Source: Thermoanaerobaculia bacterium (GTDB taxonomy: Bacteria > Acidobacteriota > Thermoanaerobaculia > Multivoradales > Multivoraceae). Taken from it: a DNA stretch of 64,000 nucleotides. Numbering within the stretch: position 1 is the first letter of the stretch; every line of letters starts with the position of its first letter. The translations under genes were made by a program, and so were the position numbers. Location: the NCBI GenBank assembly GCA_965116145.1, contig OZ220482.1, forward strand, positions 1,089,450 through 1,153,449, in the 5' to 3' direction. Below the pieces are notes generated by a model, which saw only the letters and a program-made list of their open reading frames with translations, searched no databases and was not told the origin of the DNA. Positions 29,490 through 39,472 of the stretch are shown in pieces.

Positions 29490-30206
29490 CTACGGCAGTC
29501 TGTCGGCGGTCTCCGGCCGGCGCAGGGACGGCGGCAGCAACTCCGGACGGGTGTTGTAGTTGACCTCCATCGCCCGGCGCCAGGCGGGACGCGCGTTCAG
29601 GCGCTCGCGGTAGGCGGCGAGGCGCGGACCGATCGGTTCGCCGTAGGCGGCCGCCCAGTCCAGACAACTGCCGAGAAGGATGTCGACGCCGGTGAACCGA
29701 TCGCCGAGCAGGAACTTCCGGCCGTCCGCGAGCTCGAGCTCCGCCACGGACGACTGCTTCGCGAACCCCTCGCTCGCCGTACGGATCGCGGCGGGCGCGT
29801 CACCGTAGAGGTCGGCGAGGTCGCGGTGCTTGCGGATCACGTACAGCGTGTGGGCGTCGAGCTCCATCATCGTGAAGAACGCCCACTGGTCGTAGCTCAC
29901 CCGCGCCTGGCTGCCCGCGGCCGGCAGCAGTCCATCCGCCGCACCGTACGTTCCGGCAAGGTAGTTCACGATCGCGGCGCTCTCGGCGAGCGTCAGTTCC
30001 CCATCCTGCAGCACCGGGATCTTCTGGCGCGGATTCAACCGCGTGAACTCGTCCGTCCGGGTCTCGCCGGTACGCGGGCCGATCGGCCGGTGCTCGTAGT
30101 CGAGCCCCAGCTCGGCAAGCGCCCAGTGCACCCTCAACGTCCGCGCCGTGCTGCAGCCCCATGCGACGATGGCGGAATCCGCGGTGTCAGTGCGCGGAGC
30201 CGGCAT
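29490..30206 (-). CDS. Glutathione S-transferase family protein
   Basis: RVHWALAELGL, LNPRQKIPVL, LAESAAIVNYL and FLLGDRFTGVDI motifs. Confidence 0.92.
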   Translation of the reverse strand: MPAPRTDTADSAIVAWGCSTARTLRVHWALAELGLDYEHRPIGPRTGETRTDEFTRLNPRQKIPVLQDGELTLAESAAIVNYLAGTYGAADGLLPAAGSQARVSYDQWAFFTMMELDAHTLYVIRKHRDLADLYGDAPAAIRTASEGFAKQSSVAELELADGRKFLLGDRFTGVDILLGSCLDWAAAYGEPIGPRLAAYRERLNARPAWRRAMEVNYNTRPELLPPSLRRPETADRLP

Positions 30207-30212
30207 CGGGGC

Positions 30213-30422
30213 CTACGCAGAACGGGGCAGCGACAACGCCAGTGACACGCCCAGGCAGGCCAGGGCGAGGACGTAGAAGGCGATCGTGACGACATCGGCC
30301 AGAACCGGAACGTCGACCGGGCCGGACAGGGACCGCTGGCAGGCGGCCACCGGCAGGCCCGCGCCGATCACAGCAAGGGCGATCCACCGCACCCAGGTCA
30401 GTCGAGATTTCGATTGCGTCAT
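30213..30422 (-). CDS. Small two-TM hypothetical membrane protein
   Basis: MTQSKSRLTWVRWIALAVIGAGL...VVTIAFYVLALACLGVSLALSL; ends 6 bp upstream of the GST start. Confidence 0.55.
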   Translation of the reverse strand: MTQSKSRLTWVRWIALAVIGAGLPVAACQRSLSGPVDVPVLADVVTIAFYVLALACLGVSLALSLPRSA

Positions 30423-30712
30423 GTCCCGGTCCCGCCGTCGTGTCCCCTGGTTGCGCCGCACCACGGGCGAAGCGGGCCGGAGCATGTCACAGTTCGCAAG
30501 CCCCTGCACCACTGCGGAACCACTGCGGAACGAAGCCCGGACTGTGCCGTCCGGCAGGCAGGCCCCGGCCTGATACCGGGCTGCGTATCGGCCGCACAGC
30601 GTCTGCTGTTGCGGCTTCCCGGACGGCTGCGCGGCCACGGTCGGCTGAAGCAACGCAGAACCGTAGTACGCTCTGCGCTGCCCGACCCACATCCTGCAAG
30701 GAGGAAACTCGC

Positions 30713-32005
30713 GTGAACCGACTGCGTCCTCGGGGGCCGTACGCCCCGCTCACCCTCGCCGTCCTCGTGCTCGCGGCCGCCCTGGCCGCACCGGCATTCT
30801 CCGCCGACCCCGAACTTCAGCACGCGAAACCGGCCGACGTCGGGATGGATCCGGCCGGCCTCGCCAGGCTGTCCGAAGCGATGAACGCCATGGTCGACAA
30901 GGACCAGCTCGCCGGCGTCGTCACCATGGTCTCCCGCAAGGGAAAGGTCGTCCACTTCGAGGCCTACGGCCAGCAGGACATCGAGAGCGAAGTTCCCGTC
31001 GCGAAGGACACGATCTTCCGCATCTTCTCGATGACCAAGCCGATCGTCGGCGTCGCCCTGATGACGTACCACGACGAGGGCCGGTTCACGCTCGACGACC
31101 CGGTGGCGAAGTTCATCCCCGAGTTCGCCGACCTCGAGGTGGCGAAGGAGGACGGGCCGGACGGCAACCCGATCACCGAGGAAGCCGACCACCCGATGAC
31201 GATGCGGGAGCTGATGAGCCACACCGCCGGCCTGACCTACGGGCTGTTCTCCCGATCCCAGGTCGACACCCTGTACACGAAGGCGGGCATCATCACCGAC
31301 CCGAACCAGACGGTGAAGGACATGGTCGACAAGCTGGCGAAGATCCCGCTCCGCCAGCAGCCGGGATCGCTCTGGCACTACAGCGTCGCAGTCGACGTGC
31401 AGGGCTACATCCTCGAGATCCTCGCCGGCAAGCCGCTCGACGAGGTCCTGAACGATCGCGTCTTCGGGCCGCTGGGGATGACGGACACCGCCTTCTGGGT
31501 CGAGCCGGACAAGGTGGACCGATTCGCCAGCATGTACGAGCTGAAGGACGGCAAGCTGGCGAAGACCGAGTTCGGGCAGTACCTCCAGAAGCCGAAGTTC
31601 CTCTCCGGCGGCGGCGGCCTTGTATCGACCGCGGCGGACTACATGCGCTTCGCCCAGATGCTCGCCAACGGCGGCGAGCTCGACGGCGTCCGCATCCTGA
31701 AGCCGGAGACGGTCGAGCTGATGCACACCGACCACCTGCCGGCAGCGGTCACCGACATGGGCCCGATCTACCGGGGCAACCGCTTCGGCCTCGACTTCGC
31801 GATCGTCACCGACCCGCACCCCGCGACCGACCATGAGCGCGCCAGGGGCGAGTACTGGTGGTACGGCATCGGCGGCACCTGGTTCGGCATCAACCCGGTG
31901 CAGGACCTGGTGGTCGTCGGCATGATCCAGACCCGCGACTTCCGCACCGCGGCGGCGGCACGCTTCACCAGCAAGCGGCTGGCCTACGAAGCGATTGTCG
32001 ACTGA
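30713..32005 (+). CDS. Serine hydrolase, beta-lactamase (class C-like) family
   Basis: AAGGAGG RBS with GTG start; signal peptide; FRIFSMTK (SxxK), LMSHTAG, WHYS and GGGGLVST motifs. Confidence 0.92.
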   Translation: MNRLRPRGPYAPLTLAVLVLAAALAAPAFSADPELQHAKPADVGMDPAGLARLSEAMNAMVDKDQLAGVVTMVSRKGKVVHFEAYGQQDIESEVPVAKDTIFRIFSMTKPIVGVALMTYHDEGRFTLDDPVAKFIPEFADLEVAKEDGPDGNPITEEADHPMTMRELMSHTAGLTYGLFSRSQVDTLYTKAGIITDPNQTVKDMVDKLAKIPLRQQPGSLWHYSVAVDVQGYILEILAGKPLDEVLNDRVFGPLGMTDTAFWVEPDKVDRFASMYELKDGKLAKTEFGQYLQKPKFLSGGGGLVSTAADYMRFAQMLANGGELDGVRILKPETVELMHTDHLPAAVTDMGPIYRGNRFGLDFAIVTDPHPATDHERARGEYWWYGIGGTWFGINPVQDLVVVGMIQTRDFRTAAAARFTSKRLAYEAIVD

Positions 32006-32012
32006 CTCCCTG

Positions 32013-32174
32013 GTGGCCCGAGGCAGAAGTGCTTGCCTTGCCGAACGCGGTCAGGCGCCCGTTCAGCAAGGCGCTGCAGTTGCGCACATATCGGAGCACA
32101 TGTGACCGACGAGCAGCGCGGCCGGACGGGTGCGTGGCCGAATCGAATGCAGCGCGCCTCCTGCCACGGGCTGC
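32013..32174. mobile_element. Degenerate MITE copy
   Basis: GGCAGAAGTGC...GCGGTCAGGCGCCCGT..GCAAGGCGC...CGAATGCAGCGCG..CTGCCACGGGCTGC is colinear with copy 1. Confidence 0.75.
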
Positions 32175-32234
32175 CAGCCGGCGGGAAGCCGGCGCCCGCA
32201 GTCTGAACCGCCAGAAGACACGAGGAGGTCGTTG

Positions 32235-33827
32235 ATGAGTCTGATTGCCTGGTCGTGGATGTTCCTCATCCTCTATGTCGCCGGCATGCTGATCTTCGGC
32301 TGGGTCGCCAGCCGCCGCATCAGCAACGCCGACGACTTCGCCACCGCGCGAAGCAGCTACGGCCCGTACTTCCTGGCGCTGGCCTTCGCCGCCAGCACGG
32401 CAAGCGGCGCCACCTTCCTGGGCAGTCCGGGGCTCGGCTACCAGTTCGGGATGGCCAGCGTCTGGAGCAAGTTCCTCTACCCGATGGGGGTCTACTTCGG
32501 CGTCCTGATCACGATCCGGCTGGTCGCGAATTCCGGACACAAGTTCGGCAACCGCTCGATCCCCGAGTACCTGGGAGACCGCTACCGGAGCGACGGTGTC
32601 CGCCTGCTGGTCTCGGTCTTCTCGCTCGTCCTGTTCTTCTACATCGCCGGCCAGCTCGTTTCCGGACTGGTGATGTTCGAGACGATGCTCGGACTCGAAC
32701 CGATGACCGCGTTGATCATCACCTCCGGCGTGCTGCTGGTGTACGTCGCGCTCGGCGGCGCCCATGCCGACATCCTGACCGACGGCATCCAGGGGCTGAT
32801 GATGCTGAGCGTCGCCGTCGTCGTCATCGTCATGTTCCTCTTCGCCGCCGGGATGGACGGCGGGCTGTCGGACATGGTCGGCAACCTGCGCGGCCAGGAC
32901 CCCGACCTGGTCGGGCCGCTCAACACCTCCAACTCGCTCTACGACTCCTGGTGGGCCATTGCCTGCGTGCTGTTCGCGCACATTCCGCTCGGCATGCTGC
33001 CCCACATCGGCAACAAGGTCTGGGCGCTACGGGACGACGGCGACCGGATGCGCTTCGTCAAGCTCGCCTTCGGCGTCGGGCTGACGATGGGGATGCTCGG
33101 GCTGGGCGGCATTCTGGCTCGCGGCGTTCTCGGTCCCGAACTCCTCGACGCGAGCCGCAACCCGAACGAGGCCCTGCCCGCACTCTTCATCGAGCTGTTC
33201 CCGACCTGGCTCGCCGCCCTGATCGGGGTCGGCATCCTGGCCGCGATCATGTCGACGGCGGACGGACTCGTCGTCTCGTCGTCGCAGATCGTCGCCAACG
33301 ACATCTACCGCCGCTCGATCGTCCCCAGGTACACGCCCCACCTCAGCGACCGGGAGGTCGACCGCAAGGTGCTCGTCATCAGCCGCTGGAGCACGGTGAT
33401 CGTGCTGGTGCTCTGCACCTGGATGGCGTGGGCGATGCAGGACATGAACATCGCCCTGCTGGTGTGGATCGGCAGCGGCGGCATGATGGCCGCGTTCGCC
33501 GGCCCGCTCGTCGTAGGCGGCCTCTGGCGGGGCGTTACCCTGGCCGGCGCCTACACCGGCCTGGTCAGCGGCATGGTGACCTTCGTCCTGCTTCGCAGCG
33601 GCCTGCCCTGGATGATCGTCGACCCCGGTTCGCTCGGGCCGCTGTCGGGGATCGCGGAGTGGCTTGCCCACTACCGGATCAACCCGTACTCCTGCGCGGT
33701 GGTCGGCGAGGTCGTCTCGATCGCCGGGACTTATGTCGTGTCGAAGCTGACGCAGCCGCTGCCCGAGTCCCACGTCGAACAGCTCTTCAGCGCTCCGGCC
33801 GACACCGCCGAAGCCGCCGGCGGGTAA
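32235..33827 (+). CDS. Sodium:solute symporter (SSS; PanF/PutP-like)
   Basis: About 13 TM helices; DDFATAR, ASGATFLGSPG, LTDGIQG and LAAIMSTADGL motifs. Confidence 0.92.
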   Translation: MSLIAWSWMFLILYVAGMLIFGWVASRRISNADDFATARSSYGPYFLALAFAASTASGATFLGSPGLGYQFGMASVWSKFLYPMGVYFGVLITIRLVANSGHKFGNRSIPEYLGDRYRSDGVRLLVSVFSLVLFFYIAGQLVSGLVMFETMLGLEPMTALIITSGVLLVYVALGGAHADILTDGIQGLMMLSVAVVVIVMFLFAAGMDGGLSDMVGNLRGQDPDLVGPLNTSNSLYDSWWAIACVLFAHIPLGMLPHIGNKVWALRDDGDRMRFVKLAFGVGLTMGMLGLGGILARGVLGPELLDASRNPNEALPALFIELFPTWLAALIGVGILAAIMSTADGLVVSSSQIVANDIYRRSIVPRYTPHLSDREVDRKVLVISRWSTVIVLVLCTWMAWAMQDMNIALLVWIGSGGMMAAFAGPLVVGGLWRGVTLAGAYTGLVSGMVTFVLLRSGLPWMIVDPGSLGPLSGIAEWLAHYRINPYSCAVVGEVVSIAGTYVVSKLTQPLPESHVEQLFSAPADTAEAAGG

Positions 33828-33956
33828 CGCGGCGCGGACAGGCAGGGTCCATCCCCGGAAACTGCGAACGGTTCCCGGCGGAACAGGCCGCAGCGGCGGC
33901 GGCCGGCGGCTTTCGGCAGAACGTCGACGGACGGCGCGGCAGCGGCCGCCGCGGCG

Positions 33957-34166
33957 TCAGTCGTCCCAGTCGGGCAACGGCTGAGGCCCCGGGACGATGC
34001 CTGCGATGTCCGGATCCTCTCCGGTCGGGGTCTCCGGCGCTTCCTCGGCGGCCTGCTCCTTCTCCAGCTTGCGCTGCTCCCGCCGTGCCAGTTTCTCCTT
34101 GCGGCGCTCCCGCTTGCGCATCTCTCGTTGACGCTTCGCGAATGTGGTCGGGCCAGGTCTGGCCAT
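33957..34166 (-). CDS. Small conserved basic hypothetical protein
   Basis: MARPGPTTFAKRQREMRKRERRKEKLARR...DPDIAGIVPGPQP; GGAG RBS upstream. Confidence 0.75.
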   Translation of the reverse strand: MARPGPTTFAKRQREMRKRERRKEKLARREQRKLEKEQAAEEAPETPTGEDPDIAGIVPGPQPLPDWDD

Positions 34167-34277
34167 GGATCAACTCCCCTCCTCCACGCCGACATCCCGC
34201 CGGGGCGGAACGGCCGATGGTAACAGCATCTTGACAGCGTGACGTGCGGCGGCCGGCGCCCGACGCCGCCGGCCGGT

Positions 34278-35906
34278 TCAGGGCGGGTAGTACGTCGGCG
34301 ACCCGGGGCCGACCGGCAGGCCTAGGGCGAACACCCAGACGTAGAACAGCGTCACCCAACCGACCAGGTAGGAGATCGAGTAGGGGATCATCGTCGCGAT
34401 CAGGGTGCCGATGCCGAGCTTTCGGTCGTAGCGCATCGCCACCGCCAGGATCAGGCCGAAGTAGCTCATCATCGGCGTGATGATGTTCGTCGTCGAGTCG
34501 CCGATCCGGTACGCCGCCTGGATGACCTCCGGGCTGTACCCGACCGTCATCAGCATCGGCACGAAGATCGGCGCGGTCACCGCCCACTGCGCCGATGCGC
34601 TGCCGAGCATCAGGTTGACGAAGCAGCACATCAGGATGAAGGGCAGAAACACGATCGGCCCGGTGAGATCGAAACGGGTCAGCAGGTCGGCGCCGACGAC
34701 GGCCGTGATCGTCCCCAGATTCGTCCAGTTGAAGAACGAGACGAACTGGGCGGCGAAGAAGACGAGGACCAGGTAGGGGCCGAGCGAACTCATCGCCCTG
34801 CCCATGCCGTCGATCACGTCGCGGTCGTTGCGGAGCGACCCCGTGACCCGGCCGTAGACGATCGAGGGCACGATGAAGAAGACGAAGATGAGGGCGACGA
34901 CACTCCGCAGCATCGGCCGCAGATCGTCGATCAGGAGCGCGTTCGCTGCCGGGTCGCGGAACCAGCCGTTCTCCGGCAGGGCGAGCAGCGCCAGACCGCC
35001 GATCATGGCGAGGACGGTCAGGCCCGCCAGCTTGAGGCCGCGCTTCTCGGCTGTCGACAGCGTCTTCAGGCCGTCCTCCGGATTCTCCAGGTCGGCCGCC
35101 GCCCGGTCCGGGTCGAACGCCCCCAGCTTGGGCTCCACGATCCGGGTGGTCACGACCGTGCCGATCGCCGTGATCATGAAGGTGCTGACGAGCATGAAGA
35201 GGTAGTTGGCGGTCGCCGGAATCTCGTTGGCGGCGCCGGGCGCGTAGGACGGATCGATGATGCGTGCCGCCTCGGTCGTGATGCCGGCGAGCAGGGGATC
35301 GACCGTCCCGATGAGAACATTCGCGGAGTAGCCGCCCGAGACCCCGGCGAAGGCGGCGGCCAGGCCGGCCAGGGGGTGGCGGCCGACCGCCCGGAACACG
35401 ACCGCGGCCAGCGGGATCAGCACGACGTAGCCCATCTCCGACGCAGTGTTGGAGACCACCGAGGCGAACACCACGACCGCGGTCAGCAGATTGCGCGGTG
35501 CGCTCAGCACCAGCGCCCGCAGCACGGCGCCGAGCAGACCGGACCGCTCGGCGACGCCGACACCGAGCAGCGCGACCAGGACCGTGCCGAGAGGGGCGAA
35601 GCCGGTGAAATTCGTCACCAGGTTCATCGCGATCCGCCGCATCCCCTCCGGGTCCAGCAGGCTGACCGCGCGGATCAGCCCGTCGTCGGAACGGCCGGAG
35701 ACACCGGCGGGACGCGGATCGGCAACCTGCCAGCCGAGCAGTTCCGCGAGCCCCGAGACCAGCAGGATGAGCAGAGCCAGCACCGCGAACAGCGTCACCG
35801 GGTGCGGCAGAAGGTTGCCGAGGAACTCGACGGCATTCAGGAAGCGGGCGAACGGTCCCGGCCCGCGCCGCTCCTTGTGCTTCCGCCGCTTCGAAGCCCC
35901 GGCCAT
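34278..35906 (-). CDS. abgT: AbgT family transporter
   Basis: GNLLPHPVTLF, NFTGFAPLG, HPLAGLAAAFAGVSGGYSAN and AYRIGDSTTNIITP motifs. Confidence 0.95.
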   Translation of the reverse strand: MAGASKRRKHKERRGPGPFARFLNAVEFLGNLLPHPVTLFAVLALLILLVSGLAELLGWQVADPRPAGVSGRSDDGLIRAVSLLDPEGMRRIAMNLVTNFTGFAPLGTVLVALLGVGVAERSGLLGAVLRALVLSAPRNLLTAVVVFASVVSNTASEMGYVVLIPLAAVVFRAVGRHPLAGLAAAFAGVSGGYSANVLIGTVDPLLAGITTEAARIIDPSYAPGAANEIPATANYLFMLVSTFMITAIGTVVTTRIVEPKLGAFDPDRAAADLENPEDGLKTLSTAEKRGLKLAGLTVLAMIGGLALLALPENGWFRDPAANALLIDDLRPMLRSVVALIFVFFIVPSIVYGRVTGSLRNDRDVIDGMGRAMSSLGPYLVLVFFAAQFVSFFNWTNLGTITAVVGADLLTRFDLTGPIVFLPFILMCCFVNLMLGSASAQWAVTAPIFVPMLMTVGYSPEVIQAAYRIGDSTTNIITPMMSYFGLILAVAMRYDRKLGIGTLIATMIPYSISYLVGWVTLFYVWVFALGLPVGPGSPTYYPP

Positions 35907-36043
35907 CCGCGGAACAGTACCCTCTGGCAGTCCCTGGAGATAGTCGCACGGCATCGGTCAGGGCGACCCGTACTCTCGCCTCGGACTGCCGGGACCCAGG
36001 CCGGCAGGCGGCATCGGCACGCATAGGATCGGGCGGGAAACGG

Positions 36044-37747
36044 ATGATTCGACGTTCCAGCAGCGCCGGCCGTATCCGGCGGACCGCTCCGCAGCTCGCG
36101 GCCATGTGCCTGACCGTGTGCCTTCTCGCCGTCGGTTCGACCGCCGTTCCGGCGGCGCAGGACGCGATCGGCGAGAACGGCGAAGGCCGGCCTTCCCTGG
36201 CCCGCATCCTCGCCCATCTGCGCGTGCTGGGCGGCGACGAAATGGAAGGCCGCGGCACCGGCGCCAGGGGCGGCGACCGCGCCGCCGCCTACATCGAGGC
36301 GACGCTCGAGGAACTCGACGTGGAGCCGATCGCCGGCTCCTATCGGCAGGCGGTGCCGATGCACTCGAGCCTGCCGCTGCCGTCGAGCCAGCTCACCGTC
36401 CATTCCGAAGGAGACGGCGAGCACGCCCTGGCGCTGTGGGAGGACTACGTCCTGTTCGACACCGGCGCCCAGACCTACCTTCCGCAGCCGACTCCCCTGG
36501 TGTTCGTCGGCTACGGCATCGTCGCACCGGAATACCGCTACAACGACTACCAGGGCCTCGACATGGCCGGCCGGATCGCCGTCTTCCTGGCCGGCGAACC
36601 GGTCTCGGACGACCCCGTCTTCTTCGAAGGCGCGACGGCGACGTTCTACTCCGATCCCGGAATGAAGTTCCGCACCGCGCTCTCGCGCGGGGCCCGCGGA
36701 GCGATCCTGCTGCCCTCGCCGCGGGGAACGCTGTTCACCCGTTGGAACGAAGTCCGCGACGCCTTCGAGACCGAGGACGTCACGCTGCCCTACGGCATCG
36801 CCGGCAGCCTGAACGTCCTGCTCGAGATGCACCAGGCGGAGCGGCTGTTCGACGGCGCCGAAGCCTCCTTCGGAGAGGTCCTGGAACTCGACCGTCGGGG
36901 CGATCTCGGCAGCTTCCCGCTGGCGGTTCGCGTGCGGTTCCACGGCGAGTTCAGGGAGCGTGATTTCGCGGCCCACAACCTGATCGCGCGCCTTCCCGGC
37001 TCGGACCCCCTGCTCAGGGCCGACCACGTGATCGTCAGCGCCCACTACGACCACCTCGGGCTGGGGCGGCCGGTCGACGGCGATGCGATCTACAACGGCG
37101 TCATCGACAACGCCAGCGGCGCCGCGGTGACGCTAGAGCTCGCACGCATCCTGTCGAGCGGTCCGGAACGGCCCCGGCGGTCCATTCTCTTCCTGCTCGT
37201 GACCGGCGAGGAGAAGGGCCTACTCGGTTCCCGCTACTACCGCGACCACCCGGTCGTGCCGCTCCACCGGACGGTGGCGGCGCTGAACATCGACGGCATC
37301 TCCTTCCTCGACACGACAGACGAATTCGTCGGCATCGGCTCGAAGTACTCGACCCTCGGCGACCTGCTCGAGCGGACCCTGGCCTCCCTCGATCTCCGCC
37401 ACAGCGGCGTCCCCGCACCGCTTGCCCTCCGCGAGCCGTTCTACCGTTCCGACCAGCTCGCCTTCGCCCAGGCCGGCATCCCGTCGATCCTGGTCATGGA
37501 GGGACTGGCCTTCCGCAATCTGGATACGGACGAGGGACTGCGACGGTTCGTCGACTGGTCCCTGAAGCGCTACCACACACCCTTCGACGACCTCGAGCAG
37601 CCGCTGCACAGCCCCGCCATCGAGCAGCACGCCGAAGTGCTGCTGGCCTTCGTGCGCTCGGTCGCGAACACGCCGGCGGAGCCCCGCTGGCTGCCCGGAG
37701 CACCGTGGGTCGGAGAACGTCTCCGCACCCTCGCCGAAGGGCGCTGA
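36044..37747 (+). CDS. M28 family peptidase with PA domain
   Basis: EGRGTG, VFVGYGI, SAHYDHLG, NGVIDNASG, GEEKGLLGS, RSDQ and YH motifs. The start may be at the second Met. Confidence 0.92.
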   Translation: MIRRSSSAGRIRRTAPQLAAMCLTVCLLAVGSTAVPAAQDAIGENGEGRPSLARILAHLRVLGGDEMEGRGTGARGGDRAAAYIEATLEELDVEPIAGSYRQAVPMHSSLPLPSSQLTVHSEGDGEHALALWEDYVLFDTGAQTYLPQPTPLVFVGYGIVAPEYRYNDYQGLDMAGRIAVFLAGEPVSDDPVFFEGATATFYSDPGMKFRTALSRGARGAILLPSPRGTLFTRWNEVRDAFETEDVTLPYGIAGSLNVLLEMHQAERLFDGAEASFGEVLELDRRGDLGSFPLAVRVRFHGEFRERDFAAHNLIARLPGSDPLLRADHVIVSAHYDHLGLGRPVDGDAIYNGVIDNASGAAVTLELARILSSGPERPRRSILFLLVTGEEKGLLGSRYYRDHPVVPLHRTVAALNIDGISFLDTTDEFVGIGSKYSTLGDLLERTLASLDLRHSGVPAPLALREPFYRSDQLAFAQAGIPSILVMEGLAFRNLDTDEGLRRFVDWSLKRYHTPFDDLEQPLHSPAIEQHAEVLLAFVRSVANTPAEPRWLPGAPWVGERLRTLAEGR

Positions 37748-37766
37748 CCGGGAGGCGGCAAGGTTC

Positions 37767-38609
37767 GTGATGCGCTACCTGCTGGTCCTGGCGGCGGTCG
37801 TTGCCGTCTACGCCGACGTCGCGGCCGCTCAGCCGGCGGACCGTCAGAACGGCAGCATCCGCATCCGCGGCTCGGACACGATGCTGCTCCTGGTGCAGCG
37901 GTGGTCCGAGGAGTTCATGACCGCGCACCCCGGCATCTCGGTCGAAGCGCGGGGCGGCGGCACGACGAAGGGCCTCAACGCGCTGATCGAAGGCGAAGTC
38001 GACATCGCGTCCGCCTCCCGTCCGCTCAGACCCGACGAAGCGCAGCGCATGCTGGAGCGGCACGGCTCGCTCGGCTTCTCGGTGCTCGCCGCACGCGACG
38101 CCCTGAGCGTCTACGTTCATCCATCGAGCCCGATCCGCAACCTGTCGCTGGAGCAGCTCCGCGTGATCTTCACGGGACGCGTTCAGCGCTGGAGTCAACT
38201 CGGAAGCGAGACGACGCCGCACGACGAGATCCTGGTCATCAACCGCAGCCCGGCTTCGGGCAGCCGACTCTTCTTTCGGGAGCACGTCCTGCTCGGCGCG
38301 AAGTACGTCCGGCGCGCGCGCGTGCGGCCGACGACTGCATCCGTCGCGGCCGCGGTCACGGCAGCGCCCGGCGCGATCGGCTACGGCGGCATCGGTCTCG
38401 CGGAGGGCGTCCGGCTGCTCGAGATCGACGACGTGGAACCGTCTTTCGAGAACGTGCGGAACGGCAGCTACCCGATCTCGCGCTACCTCTACCTCTACGC
38501 GGCCAAGCCGCCCGCGGGGGTCACCAGGAGCTTCATCGACTGGATACTCGGTGACGCCGCCCAGCGCGTCGTCGCCGAGGTCGGCTTCGTACCGCTTCGG
38601 GATCCATAG
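37767..38609 (+). CDS. PstS-like phosphate-binding periplasmic protein (stand-alone)
   Basis: IRGSDTM, GGGTTKG, DIASASR, SGSRLFF and YPISRYLYLY motifs; no pstCAB adjacent. Confidence 0.88.
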   Translation: MMRYLLVLAAVVAVYADVAAAQPADRQNGSIRIRGSDTMLLLVQRWSEEFMTAHPGISVEARGGGTTKGLNALIEGEVDIASASRPLRPDEAQRMLERHGSLGFSVLAARDALSVYVHPSSPIRNLSLEQLRVIFTGRVQRWSQLGSETTPHDEILVINRSPASGSRLFFREHVLLGAKYVRRARVRPTTASVAAAVTAAPGAIGYGGIGLAEGVRLLEIDDVEPSFENVRNGSYPISRYLYLYAAKPPAGVTRSFIDWILGDAAQRVVAEVGFVPLRDP

Positions 38610-38751
38610 CGGGTCGACCACTCCTCCCCCTTGCCGGAAGACTGCCGTGCAGCGGGTACAAGAATGTCGAACGGAGACGACAGCGCCGGTCGGAGTGCTC
38701 TGCGACAGCGCGTCGATGCGCCGCCAACCGCGCCGATCCCGTCCCGGCAGC

Positions 38752-39453
38752 TCACGGCCGGATGCCTCCGAGGACGGTGCGCAGCCGCTCGCGGTCGGGC
38801 TCGGTCAGCGGCAGGAAGAGGCGGCCTCCTTCGCGCAGCGCGGTCGCCGGATCGCAGGGATGGCACATCAGCACGCCTGGCTCACCGACATGCGTCAGCC
38901 CGAGGACATGCCCGAGCTCGTGGGCGATCACGTTGCGCAGGACGCCGGCGCCGGCGTGGTTGCTGTCGCCGTTGCCATCCTCGCCCGAGGGGATGGCGAC
39001 GAAGTGGCGTCCGCCCTGGCTGCCGTAGGGCCAGGCGAAGGGCATGAGCTTCCGGGCGGACAGCAGCACGACGACATCGGCCTCGAGCCGCAGGAGCGCA
39101 TCGGGCGGCCGCGGCCCCGGTTCCGACGAATCGAGGCGTCCGGCAAGCCGCGAGAGTCGGTAGGCGTAGTTCTCGAACGGCCGCAGGCCGCCGCCGGGAA
39201 CTGCCGGCGTCGGCGCAGAGAACGGAGCGGCCAGTCCGAGATCGGCGGCGGTCCGGTTCCAGAAGGAGACCGCCTCGCCCACCAGGGCGGCCCGGTCGTC
39301 ATCGGCGGCGGCCAGCACGACGACCCGCATGGGCGCGCCGACCTCGGATTCCGAGGCGAACGCAACTGACAGAATGCCGGGCAGGAGAACGACAGCAACA
39401 ACGAACCAGACGCGGCCCGCCGCGCCCGCGAGCACGGCGCCAGCGGCCCGCAC
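38752..39453 (-). CDS. Secreted metzincin/matrixin-like zinc metalloprotease
   Basis: HELGHVLGLTH (HExxHxxGxxH) followed by a Met-turn 'LMC'; hydrophobic N-terminus. Start uncertain. Confidence 0.72.
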   Translation of the reverse strand: MRAAGAVLAGAAGRVWFVVAVVLLPGILSVAFASESEVGAPMRVVVLAAADDDRAALVGEAVSFWNRTAADLGLAAPFSAPTPAVPGGGLRPFENYAYRLSRLAGRLDSSEPGPRPPDALLRLEADVVVLLSARKLMPFAWPYGSQGGRHFVAIPSGEDGNGDSNHAGAGVLRNVIAHELGHVLGLTHVGEPGVLMCHPCDPATALREGGRLFLPLTEPDRERLRTVLGGIRP

Positions 39454-39472
39454 ACTCCAGAAGAAGATCATC

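Noticed and set aside
30508-30531. Tandem ACCACTGCGGA direct repeat and faint MITE-like words in the 30423-30712 intergenic region
   Set aside because: Only two short copies and no terminal inverted repeats; not enough to call an operator or MITE.
30713-32005. Antibiotic-resistance beta-lactamase
   Set aside because: The motifs fit the broad esterase-like serine hydrolase family, so resistance cannot be inferred.
37767-38609. Complete Pst phosphate transport operon
   Set aside because: Only the binding protein is present, with no permease, ATPase or phoU nearby.
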